Below are positions 48,374 to 57,310 of a stretch of 64,000 nt of DNA, piece after piece. The notes below the pieces were generated by a model. The model was not told the DNA's origin. It saw only the letters and a program-made list of their open reading frames with translations, and searched no databases. The stretch's first letter is position 1; each line of letters opens with the position of its first letter. The position numbers and the translations under genes are program-made. The DNA comes from Gammaproteobacteria bacterium. Lineage in GTDB: Bacteria; Pseudomonadota; Gammaproteobacteria; Pseudomonadales; IMCC2047. The DNA lies in assembly GCA_021773395.1 (NCBI GenBank), contig JAJFKB010000001.1, positions 1,955 to 65,954 of the forward strand, given 5' to 3'.

Positions 48374-49603
48374 ATGATGAACAGATCGTCAAGTTTACAT
48401 CTACTCTGTGCAATACCTTTCCTATTAGCCTGCAATCTGGCACTCGCTGCCCGCTATAAACCGATCAATGAGATTCCCCAATCTGTTCCGGAAACACAGG
48501 AAGAAAAACAGATCTGGGAAATCGGTAGAGCCCATCATACCAAGGTCAAAGAAACCGGTGAGGCCATGGACGACCCGGAAATGGAGCAGAGCCTTGAAGC
48601 GGTAGCCTCTCGGTTACTGGGAGACATGGTTCAAATCATTGGCATGGAAGTGAATGTGATCATTTTTAAGGATCCGTCCGTAAATGCCTGGGTTTATCCT
48701 GATGGGACCATTGCGGTGCAAACCGGACTACTCGCAGAATTGGAAAACGAGGCGCAGTTAGCCGCTATCCTAGGACATGAAATTTCACACTTCCTGAATC
48801 GCCACGCTTATATTCAAATTAAATCCAAACAAAAGCAATCTGCGGTCGGCAAGGGCCTGGGACTGATTGCAACCGCTGCGCTCGCCGCAAAAACAGGTAC
48901 GCTCAATACCGGACTAATGGGAGCAGGCCAGGTATGGACTGATTTGGTCACCAGCGGTTATTCGCGAAAACTGGAAACCAAAGCCGATGAACAGGGGCTG
49001 CAATTATTGAATGCGGCCGGTTACGCACCGGACCAGGCATTACCTGCTTTTGACGCGCTGCGCATCAAGGAGGATGATCAGGTCAATATCGGTAAAATAT
49101 GGAGCAGCCACCCCGATATCGATTCCCGGCTAAAAAATCTGAAGCGACAAATTAAGAAGATTAAGAACAAGTCCACAGAGATCCCGCCAACTGAGGATTA
49201 TATCCGAACCTACGGTAAGGCAATGTTGGTTGATGCCCAGCTTGATTTGCAACGCCAGCGCTATAAACGAGCGCACAAGACTCTGAATCGTTACACCAAT
49301 GTCATCCCCGATGAGCCGATCGGTTATTTTTTTACCGGCGAAGCCTATCGTAAGCAATATCCGGAAGGGCCCGACTTTGGGCCGAGAATAAGTGCCTACC
49401 AATCAGCCATTGCGGCCGACAGCGAGTTTGCCATGGCTTACAAAGAACTGGGTATGACTTATCGTCAGAAAATGCAGAAAGATGAGGCTATCAACGCCTT
49501 TCAATCTTACCTGAATCTCTCTCCGGAATCGGCAGACGCACCCATCATCCGCTGGTACCTGGATGACTTGCAAAGCGGCACTACATCCGCAGCTCAGAAA
49601 TAG
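48374..49603 (+). CDS. M48-family zinc metallopeptidase with C-terminal TPR, probable lipoprotein
   Basis: Track start is GTG at 48317. The ATG at 48374 (MMNRSSSLHLLCAIPFLLAC) follows the SD AAGGGGG. LLAC is a possible lipobox. HEISHF (HExxH) plus a downstream ETKADEQG motif, and TPR-like repeats in the last ~110 aa. Confidence 0.8.
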   Translation: MMNRSSSLHLLCAIPFLLACNLALAARYKPINEIPQSVPETQEEKQIWEIGRAHHTKVKETGEAMDDPEMEQSLEAVASRLLGDMVQIIGMEVNVIIFKDPSVNAWVYPDGTIAVQTGLLAELENEAQLAAILGHEISHFLNRHAYIQIKSKQKQSAVGKGLGLIATAALAAKTGTLNTGLMGAGQVWTDLVTSGYSRKLETKADEQGLQLLNAAGYAPDQALPAFDALRIKEDDQVNIGKIWSSHPDIDSRLKNLKRQIKKIKNKSTEIPPTEDYIRTYGKAMLVDAQLDLQRQRYKRAHKTLNRYTNVIPDEPIGYFFTGEAYRKQYPEGPDFGPRISAYQSAIAADSEFAMAYKELGMTYRQKMQKDEAINAFQSYLNLSPESADAPIIRWYLDDLQSGTTSAAQK

Positions 49604-49614
49604 GGGGCCATACC

Positions 49615-50328
49615 ATGAAACGATTTATCAGTATTATTTTTATCAGTTCGATTTTTTTAGCTTATCCTGCACACAGCGCCTCCAGCAAAGACGCCTTTAT
49701 CGGCATTAAAAAAAGTACGCTTAAAAAGGAATACCGATATCTCGCCGTGGCGCCTCTAGATGTTTCACCGGCGCTAAAAATGCCTGACTCCGTAAAACAA
49801 CGCATAGAAAATGATATCATCACGCGGCTGAAGAAGGAGGGCTTCAAGGTTTTACCCCCTGAAATTATGCGTAGTATTCGTGAGCATATGCGACAGCTGG
49901 TTTCGCTAGATGAAAATCCGGACAAGGAAGACACCGCAAAAGCGGCTGCCGTGCGTGACCACAGTTACCGGGAGTTAATGTTTCGCCATCCAATCAATGG
50001 CATCGTATCAATACGTGTGCAGCCAGTCAGCGCACCTTTTAGGGATGATAAAGCAGAGTGGCATGGGACTTCACAGAAAATAAAACATCGCGGTGATGGT
50101 TTAATGAAGTTTATTACCGGCAAAAACTACGGCGGCAATATCGCAGCCTCTTCGCTGAAAGTCGCTATTTGGGATCGCCAGGAAACTTTGCTTTACTCCT
50201 GGTACGGTGGCATCGAAGTGCTGATGCAGCGCAATGCCAAGTCGCTGGAACAGATTCCTCCCGACCAGTATTGGCGGGATGCAAAACGTATCAAGAAGGC
50301 AGTAAAGCTTGCGTTAAATCCTCTGTAA
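49615..50328 (+). CDS. Exported hypothetical protein, translationally linked to the M48 peptidase
   Basis: 237 aa with a signal peptide (…FLAYPAHS|AS). It starts 11 nt after the peptidase stop with a GGGGG SD. I recognise no family. Confidence 0.5.
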   Translation: MKRFISIIFISSIFLAYPAHSASSKDAFIGIKKSTLKKEYRYLAVAPLDVSPALKMPDSVKQRIENDIITRLKKEGFKVLPPEIMRSIREHMRQLVSLDENPDKEDTAKAAAVRDHSYRELMFRHPINGIVSIRVQPVSAPFRDDKAEWHGTSQKIKHRGDGLMKFITGKNYGGNIAASSLKVAIWDRQETLLYSWYGGIEVLMQRNAKSLEQIPPDQYWRDAKRIKKAVKLALNPL

Positions 50329-50350
50329 CAACACTTTTTTTAAGTGAGGA

Positions 50351-51220
50351 TTATATCTCTAATTTCCAAGTAGATACTTCGGAGAGCGAACCCTGATTGT
50401 ATTTAATCATTTCAATTACTAATTTTTCTTTATCAAGACTGATTAACAACCGCTCTTCAAGCATTACCGTCCCTCCGCGCTTGGTATGTCGCCAGTATAC
50501 TCTTGAAAAGGATAGATGATTCGCATCCAGTTTACTGATTTCAATTTGATCCAAGTTGCTTGTACCGCTAATCCGCAGCCATTGATCCCTTAATTCAAAT
50601 TCAAAATTGACCCGTTTACTTGTTCCGGGCTCGGTCGACCTCAGCTCTGCTTCAAAGACCAGCTCCCGGGAAAATTTCTGCTGTATGTTCGCTTCAACCC
50701 AATAGTTTTCATGCCGCTTTCGTGGAGAGCTTTCATTCCCATGACAACTATAGCTTTCATTTTTCCCACGCCAACGGCCTGCGAGCCCTTTGAATAGTGT
50801 CGCCAACACCTCAATTTCATCTTCCGTCAATTTTCTAGCCGGATAAACCGCTTCGCTGATACCAGGAGAAACAACAGATGCTTCAAAACATTGATACTGG
50901 GCCTGCTCATTACTGACGGTATCACTTTCAATGTCTGCCTTTATACTGTGCTGTTGCAGCTCCTTGGCCTGCTGTTCCTCTATTAGCTTTTTATCACGGC
51001 GCTGATCATAGCCCTCAAGCGCTCGTTTATCTCTTTCATCCATAAAACGTAGCTGGCTGTTTTTAAGCTCCACCTCTTGCTCGATTGCCCCTTGCCCCTG
51101 TGGCCGTTCATCGGAATAGTGAATTTTACCCTTTTCATCCACCCACTTATAAACGGCTGCATCCAGTGGTTGAACAAACACTAGAATAACCACTATGCTT
51201 GAGATTAGATTTCCTTTCAT
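50351..51220 (-). CDS. Exported DUF4124-like protein with unknown C-terminal domain
   Basis: Track ORF runs to 51271. The ATG at 51220 (MKGNLISSIVVILVFVQPLDA|AVYKWVDEKGKIHYSDERP) follows a GGAGG SD. It has the DUF4124 signature, a charged coiled coil, and a ~180-aa beta-rich domain. Confidence 0.6.
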   Translation of the reverse strand: MKGNLISSIVVILVFVQPLDAAVYKWVDEKGKIHYSDERPQGQGAIEQEVELKNSQLRFMDERDKRALEGYDQRRDKKLIEEQQAKELQQHSIKADIESDTVSNEQAQYQCFEASVVSPGISEAVYPARKLTEDEIEVLATLFKGLAGRWRGKNESYSCHGNESSPRKRHENYWVEANIQQKFSRELVFEAELRSTEPGTSKRVNFEFELRDQWLRISGTSNLDQIEISKLDANHLSFSRVYWRHTKRGGTVMLEERLLISLDKEKLVIEMIKYNQGSLSEVSTWKLEI

Positions 51221-51404
51221 TGAACGTTCCTCCATTCCGAGGGAGTGGGCCAGCATCTTACTTCCCATCATACGATCGTTTTAGACAATTATCTTTCCCG
51301 CATTGTCGGTTACCTTTTAAAATACCAAAAACAATCAACATCTTTAATACATCATATATGATTTTTTATAATACTTATTACCGTCTAAACATCAGTTATT
51401 ATTC

Positions 51405-51424
51405 CTTATACTAATTTATATAAG
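51405..51424. promoter_or_regulatory. Candidate HipB operator
   Basis: CTTATA-N8-TATAAG inverted repeat, with the same N8 geometry as E. coli hipBA operators. Extra ACTTAT half-sites lie at about 51373 and 51472 within a very AT-rich 220-bp spacer. Confidence 0.3.
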
Positions 51425-51490
51425 TAGTCACTATTAATTTATTAAAGGTATATTATATAATTTATAAATCACTTATGAGGCGTTAAAGAT

Positions 51491-51820
51491 ATGTCTAATA
51501 ATCTAATTCTCACCCAATTAGGCCAACGCATTGCCCGCTACCGCCTCAATCAGAATATTTCTCAACAGTCACTCGCTAACGAAGCGGGCATTTCTAAACC
51601 CACATTGCAGCGTATGGAAAACGGGCATTCCAGCCAGACCGCCAATTTAATACGCGTTCTTCGCGCATTAGACTTACTGGATAATTTTAATAATCTGATA
51701 CCCGAGCCAGCACCCAGCCCCATCCAGCAGGCAAAAATGCATGGCAAAATCAGGCAGCGCGCATCCTCACGCACCGAGCAAACCGACCCCGTCTTATGGT
51801 CATGGGGAGACGGCGAATGA
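51491..51820 (+). CDS. hipB: HipB-like XRE-family antitoxin
   Basis: 109 aa with an HTH (ISQQSLANEAGISKPTLQRMENG). ATGA overlap with hipA. Confidence 0.8.
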   Translation: MSNNLILTQLGQRIARYRLNQNISQQSLANEAGISKPTLQRMENGHSSQTANLIRVLRALDLLDNFNNLIPEPAPSPIQQAKMHGKIRQRASSRTEQTDPVLWSWGDGE

Positions 51821-53130
51821 CCATCGCCGAGGTGCAACTCTGGGGAAAAACTATCGGAGCAGTCTCCTGGGATAACCAGAAGAATTTGGCCCATTTCGAA
51901 TACGACCCCCTGTTCCGTCACAGCGCCATTGAACTGGCACCGATGACGATGCCCTTATCAGACAAAATCTACACTTTCCCATCGCTACCTCGCGAAACTT
52001 TTCACGGACTGCCGGGCATGCTAGCGGATTCACTGCCGGACAAATTTGGTAACGCCCTGATTAACGCCTGGCTAGCCAGAACCGGACGCAAGCCAGACAG
52101 CTTTAATCCCGTGGAGCGCCTTTGCTATATCGGGAAAAGAGGAATGGGCGCGCTTGAGTTTTCCCCCGCACAAGGCCCCTCCATCAATCAAACCAACAAT
52201 ATCGAGCTGGAAGCTCTGGTCAACCTGGCCAGTGAGATCCTGACTAAACGCACTCTGCTTGAAAAATCATTTTCAAGCAATCGACGCGAACAGGCACTTA
52301 GAGATATTTTACGAGTCGGCACCTCTGCCGGAGGCGCAAGAGCGAAAGCTATCATCGCCTGGAATGCACAGACTAATGAGGTAAGATCTGGACAGGTACA
52401 GGCGGAACCGGGCTTTAGTTATTGGCTCCTCAAGTTCGATGGGGTGCAGGGCAATCGAGACAAGGAGCTTGCGGACCCAAAGGGCTACGGAGTCATTGAA
52501 TACGCCTACCATAAAATGGCCCTGGCCGCCGGCATTCAAATGAACGAATGTCGAATACTCAACGAGAATGGTCGCCAACATTTTATGACCAAACGGTTCG
52601 ACCGCACCGATCAGGGTAAAAAAATCCACATGCAAACTCTGTGCGCCATGGCCCACTATGACTTCAATCAGGCTGGTGCCTATTCATACGAGCAGGCGCT
52701 CCAGGTAATCCGGCAACTGGGCCTGCCAATGGCCAGTATAGAAGAGCAATTTAGGCGAATGGCCTTTAATATCCTGGCTCGCAATCAGGATGATCATGTC
52801 AAGAACATTGCTTTTCTCATGGATCAGTCGGGCCACTGGAAACTCTCCCCCGCCTACGACCTGACTTTTAGTTATAACCCATCGGGAGCCTGGACCGGCA
52901 GCCACCAAATGACATTGAACGGCAAGCGAGACCAGTTTAACCGTGAAGATTTTACTGCATGTGCCGAAAACAGTTCGATGAAGCGAGGTGCAGCAATGCA
53001 GATTCTGGATCAGGTACAACAGGCGGTAGATAACTGGCTGCTTTACGCTGACCAGGCAGGGATAGACGAACAGACCGCAATTGAAATCGCCAGCCATCAT
53101 CGCGGCAATATTTTAGATAATTCACGCTAG
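51817..53130 (+). CDS. hipA: HipA-family Ser/Thr kinase toxin
   Basis: The start at 51817 (MTIAEVQLWGKTIGAVSWD) overlaps the hipB stop. It has a HipA N-terminal coupling domain, a P-loop-like VGTSAGGARAKA and the catalytic RNQDDHVKNIAFL. Confidence 0.88.
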   Translation: MTIAEVQLWGKTIGAVSWDNQKNLAHFEYDPLFRHSAIELAPMTMPLSDKIYTFPSLPRETFHGLPGMLADSLPDKFGNALINAWLARTGRKPDSFNPVERLCYIGKRGMGALEFSPAQGPSINQTNNIELEALVNLASEILTKRTLLEKSFSSNRREQALRDILRVGTSAGGARAKAIIAWNAQTNEVRSGQVQAEPGFSYWLLKFDGVQGNRDKELADPKGYGVIEYAYHKMALAAGIQMNECRILNENGRQHFMTKRFDRTDQGKKIHMQTLCAMAHYDFNQAGAYSYEQALQVIRQLGLPMASIEEQFRRMAFNILARNQDDHVKNIAFLMDQSGHWKLSPAYDLTFSYNPSGAWTGSHQMTLNGKRDQFNREDFTACAENSSMKRGAAMQILDQVQQAVDNWLLYADQAGIDEQTAIEIASHHRGNILDNSR

Positions 53131-53309
53131 CGATTAACCTTCGAGAGATATTTGAAAACCTTAGACAACCGATCAATACGCACTATATTTCACACATCTC
53201 ATTGACTTGTCATATAAATTCTCTACAATTTACGCCGCTAGGGCGAACGCGCTTGAACTTGAATAAGCCCGAACGCGAACAAAAAAAATAAATTTAAAAG
53301 GATTTAACG

Positions 53310-53654
53310 GTGAATATTAGAATCTGCTTGATCATTTCGTCACTTCTTCTGGTCACCGGCTGCACGCCGGATGAACTTCAGAGTTTTGATTACTATCTGC
53401 TCAACCCTGAAGAACTGGCCGATGCCGTTGATTTTTGCAATGACTCTGACGATCGCCGGGCCTACGCTGATTACTGTAAAACTATCGACTCTTTTGATGA
53501 ACAGTATGCGGATATTGAAGCGGAATTTAATACCCAGGAAACGCTATATCTGCAATACCGTGGCTTCTATCCGGAGATTGATAAAAAAGCCAAAGTAGCC
53601 CTCGCTGAAGCCAAGCGACAACTGGAATTAAAAAGAGAAGGCTTGAAGCGTTAA
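53310..53654 (+). CDS. Small lipoprotein, unknown function
   Basis: GTG start, 114 aa, lipobox LVTGC. The mature N-terminus YYLLNPEELADAVDFCNDS...ADYCKTI is reminiscent of EexN/entry-exclusion-type lipoproteins, but that is from memory only and weak. Confidence 0.5.
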   Translation: MNIRICLIISSLLLVTGCTPDELQSFDYYLLNPEELADAVDFCNDSDDRRAYADYCKTIDSFDEQYADIEAEFNTQETLYLQYRGFYPEIDKKAKVALAEAKRQLELKREGLKR

Positions 53655-53762
53655 GCCTGCCAACCAGGCTCCTCGCCAAAAAACACCTAAGACCGCCCAG
53701 CCTCGTCAATTAGCTGTGAGGTATGGCCCGCCGGATAATACGGCAGGCCGATTCGCAGTCGC

Positions 53763-56051
53763 CTATGCTCGCTCTTTATAACGCTGAATATCAACCGCAG
53801 TATACGCGCTGATATTGAGAATTCCCCTCGACGTAACCGAAGGGATGACAATATGTGCCGGTTTAGCCAAACCGGACAATAATGGCCCAATTAACAGGGC
53901 ATTGGTCAGCGAACGAATCAGCCCCAGCGCGATATTTGCCGTATCAAGATTAGGCATCACCAATAAATTCGCTTTACCCTTTAACACTGAATCCCGAAAT
54001 ACCGTTTTCAGCAATTCAGGTCTTAACGCAGACATTGCATGCATCTCTCCATCAATCTCTACATCCGGCATCGCTTCACGCAGCATTTCTGAGGCTCTAC
54101 GCATTTTTATAGCTGAACTCGCATTGGAGGTGCCAAAATTCGAATGTGATAACAGGGCCACCTTGGGCTCCACTCCAAAATGTCTTGCAACTTCAATACT
54201 CGCTTTGGCGGTTTCGACAATCTGCTCAGCCGTAGGATCAACATTAATAAACGAATCCGCTAGAAAAAGCGGCTCTCCTTTTGGCAACAACAAAGTAGAG
54301 GTCGTCGACACATGCTGCCCGGCTGATCGCGGACCAATGACCCCCATAATGTCGCGCATATGATAATCAAACCGCCCCACCTTGCCACAAATCAGTCCAT
54401 CGGCTTCTCCTCGCGCAACCATCACTGCCGCTAATACTGTGCTGTTGGTATGAATGATTGTTTTTGCCGCTTCCAAAGACACACCATTACGCCCGACTAG
54501 AGAATGATAATATTCCCAATACTCCTGGTGCCGATCACCCTGCTCCGGATTGAATAGCTCAAAATCTTCATCGGCACATAACCTCAGCCCCATTTGATCA
54601 ATTTTCTGCTGAATAATATCCGGTCGGCCAATCACCACCGGACGGACAATTTTTTCATCCGCGACCGCCTGAACCGCACGCAATACATCTTCATTTTCCC
54701 CCTCCGCGTAAACCAGTCGTTCTTTCTGTCCTACGCGTCGCGCCGCTTCAAAAATAGGCTGCATAAACAAACCGCTACGATGCACCGAGCTATGCAGTTT
54801 TTGTTTATAAGCCTGCAAATCCTCTATCGGCCGGGTAGCAACCCCACTCGCCATCGCAGCTTCTACTACTGCCACGGGTAGCTCTTCGATCAATCGAGTA
54901 TCAAAAGGTTTGGGAATAATATATTCCGGGCCAAACTTGAGCTCCTCATCCGCATAAGCTGCGACCACCGCTTCGTTTGACTCCTTCTGAGCCAACGCAG
55001 CAATCGCCTTGACACAGGCCAGCTTCATTTCTTCATTGATAGTGGTCGCACCACAATCCAATGCTCCTCGAAATATAAAAGGAAAACAAAGGACATTATT
55101 AACCTGATTAGGGTAGTCCGAACGCCCGGTAGCAATAATCGCATCAGGCCGCGCTTCCCGCGCCAGCTCCGGCAGAATTTCAGGCTCTGGATTCGCCATG
55201 GCTAGAATTAAGGGCTTATCAGCCATTTTTTTGACCATATCCTGGGTTAATACCCCTGGCCCCGACAGACCCATAAAAATATCTGCACCATCAATAGCCT
55301 CGCCTAATGTCCGCATCTCAGTTTCCTGCGCGTACTTTTCCTTGTACTCGTTCATTCCCGCTGTGCGGCCTTTAAATACTACGCCGCGGCTATCACAGAC
55401 ATACACTCGATCCCGTTGCAGCCCCATGCTAACAAGCAGATCAATACAGGCAATACTAGCTGCTCCTCCACCTGAGGCAACCAGATTGACCTCCTCAATA
55501 CTTTTCCCAACAATGCGCAATCCATTATATACCGCTGCTGCCGCTACAATTGCAGTACCATGCTGGTCATCATGAAAGACCGGTATTTTCATGCGCTGAC
55601 GTAGCTTCTTCTCGATATAGAAACATTCGGGCGCTTTGATATCCTCCAGATTAATGCCGCCAAAGGTAGGCTCCAGCGATGCGATAGTATCGACCAGCTT
55701 ATCTGGATCAGTTTCATCAATTTCAATATCAAACACGTCAATATTGGCAAATTTCTTAAAGAGAACCGCTTTCCCTTCCATAACCGGCTTTGATGCTAGC
55801 GGGCCAATCGCTCCCAAACCCAGTACCGCAGTACCATTGGTAATAACACCCACAAGATTAGCTCGCGCGGTCATTGAAGCCGCTTCGTTACTATCCTCCA
55901 CAATCGCCTCACAGGCATAAGCGACCCCGGGTGAATAGGCACGCGCCAGATCACGTTTATTGGCCAGCGGTGTGGTTGGTTCGATGGCCAGCTTGCCCGG
56001 TTTGGGTAACCGGTGATACCGCAATGCTTCCTCTTTAAAACTCTCAGCCAT
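53763..56051 (-). CDS. maeB: NADP-dependent malic enzyme (malic enzyme + PTA-like domain)
   Basis: The ATG at 56051 gives [21 protein letters not shown]. About 762 aa with an N-terminal malic enzyme domain and a C-terminal phosphate acetyltransferase-like domain. Confidence 0.92.
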   Translation of the reverse strand: MAESFKEEALRYHRLPKPGKLAIEPTTPLANKRDLARAYSPGVAYACEAIVEDSNEAASMTARANLVGVITNGTAVLGLGAIGPLASKPVMEGKAVLFKKFANIDVFDIEIDETDPDKLVDTIASLEPTFGGINLEDIKAPECFYIEKKLRQRMKIPVFHDDQHGTAIVAAAAVYNGLRIVGKSIEEVNLVASGGGAASIACIDLLVSMGLQRDRVYVCDSRGVVFKGRTAGMNEYKEKYAQETEMRTLGEAIDGADIFMGLSGPGVLTQDMVKKMADKPLILAMANPEPEILPELAREARPDAIIATGRSDYPNQVNNVLCFPFIFRGALDCGATTINEEMKLACVKAIAALAQKESNEAVVAAYADEELKFGPEYIIPKPFDTRLIEELPVAVVEAAMASGVATRPIEDLQAYKQKLHSSVHRSGLFMQPIFEAARRVGQKERLVYAEGENEDVLRAVQAVADEKIVRPVVIGRPDIIQQKIDQMGLRLCADEDFELFNPEQGDRHQEYWEYYHSLVGRNGVSLEAAKTIIHTNSTVLAAVMVARGEADGLICGKVGRFDYHMRDIMGVIGPRSAGQHVSTTSTLLLPKGEPLFLADSFINVDPTAEQIVETAKASIEVARHFGVEPKVALLSHSNFGTSNASSAIKMRRASEMLREAMPDVEIDGEMHAMSALRPELLKTVFRDSVLKGKANLLVMPNLDTANIALGLIRSLTNALLIGPLLSGLAKPAHIVIPSVTSRGILNISAYTAVDIQRYKERA

Positions 56052-56368
56052 TACTATCTTCCTCAAACAAAACAAAAAATACCAGAATGCCTCGGCGGCC
56101 TCCGGTTTATTATAAAAGCCACCAGCAATCGAGACAGAACACTAAAACCCCGACACAAAAACAGCAGCGCAACTCGTGCAAAGGCATGCATTGTAACCAA
56201 TCGCCGAATAAACAAGAACAGAGCTGCCTAAATAAAAGGGGTAGAACCTAGTTCAGCCTGATTTTCCCTGCTAAAATGGTGACCCTTTTGCTCCAGGGGT
56301 ATCTAACCAGGATCCACATGGATTCTTTAGCATCCTCTAAGCTCCTTAACATATCTGGTGTTGTTATC

Positions 56369-57172
56369 ATGGAACCCATGCTGAATATTGCGCTACGTGC
56401 TGCTCGTAGCGCCAGTGAATTAATTATTGACGCGCTTGATCGCGTCAATCTGCTTGCTATTGAGGAAAAGGGGCGAAACGACTTTGTCACCGAAGTCGAC
56501 CGGGCCTCCGAGAAAGAAATTATCTATCATCTGCGCAAAGCCTACCCTGATCACACCTTCCACGGCGAAGAAAGTGGCATCACCCAGGGTGATGACAACA
56601 ACTATGAATGGATTATTGATCCATTGGACGGCACCACCAATTTTCTGCACGGTATCCCACACTTTGCCATATCGATTGCCTGCAAGCACAAAGGTCGCGT
56701 GCAGCATGCTGTTGTGCTGGACCCTGTCAAGCGCGAAGAATTTTGCGCCAGCCGAGGCGCTGGAGCCACGCTTAACGACAAGCGCATCCGCGTTTCCGGA
56801 AGAAGGGGTATGGACGGGGCGCTAATAGGCACGGGAATCCCCTTCAATGGCTTCGCCTTTAACAATATGTCACCCTTCCTGGAATGCATGCGCGATATCG
56901 CTGGCCAAACAGCCGGCATCCGCAGACCAGGCGCAGCGGCCCTGGATCTGGCCTATGTTGCAGCAGGTCGTTTCGACGGCTTCTGGGAAATGAATCTCCA
57001 GCAATGGGACATCGCCGCCGGATCACTTTTGGTGCAAGAAGCAGGCGGCTTGGTCAGCGACTTCAAAGGTGGAAACAACTATCTGAGCAGTGGGCATATT
57101 GTTTGCGCAACACCCAAGGTGTTCAAGCCCCTTGTACAGATCGTCGGCAAACACCTGGGACACCTGAAATAG
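56369..57172 (+). CDS. suhB: Inositol monophosphatase family protein SuhB
   Basis: The internal ATG at 56369 gives MEPMLNIALRAARSA (E. coli: MHPMLNIAVRAARKA). WIIDPLDGTTNF and WDIAAG motifs are present. Confidence 0.9.
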   Translation: MEPMLNIALRAARSASELIIDALDRVNLLAIEEKGRNDFVTEVDRASEKEIIYHLRKAYPDHTFHGEESGITQGDDNNYEWIIDPLDGTTNFLHGIPHFAISIACKHKGRVQHAVVLDPVKREEFCASRGAGATLNDKRIRVSGRRGMDGALIGTGIPFNGFAFNNMSPFLECMRDIAGQTAGIRRPGAAALDLAYVAAGRFDGFWEMNLQQWDIAAGSLLVQEAGGLVSDFKGGNNYLSSGHIVCATPKVFKPLVQIVGKHLGHLK

Positions 57173-57248
57173 CTCAGCAAGATTCAGTCTGACCGCATCT
57201 GTTAAATACACCAGAGCAATTTGTCAGTTGCCATTACTCAGCTAAAAG

Positions 57249-57297
57249 CTTATTGTTTTGGTGATGCATATGCATGGGATCTATGACTAACAATAAG
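57249..57297. promoter_or_regulatory. Nested inverted repeat upstream of the yihY-like gene
   Basis: CTTATTGTT (57249-57257) and AACAATAAG (57289-57297) form a perfect 9-bp inverted repeat. It encloses the perfect 12-bp palindrome ATGCATATGCAT (57264-57275) and ends 13 nt before the ATG. Confidence 0.3.
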
Positions 57298-57310
57298 GCT
57301 GGGAAGGCCA

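Noticed and set aside
53727-53752. GC-rich hairpin (GGCCCGCCG…CGGCAGGCC) just downstream of maeB as its terminator, or as a far-side att remnant
   Set aside because: No U-tract follows on the minus strand, the stem has one mismatch, and there is only chance-level similarity (CGATTC) to the tRNA-Phe repeat.
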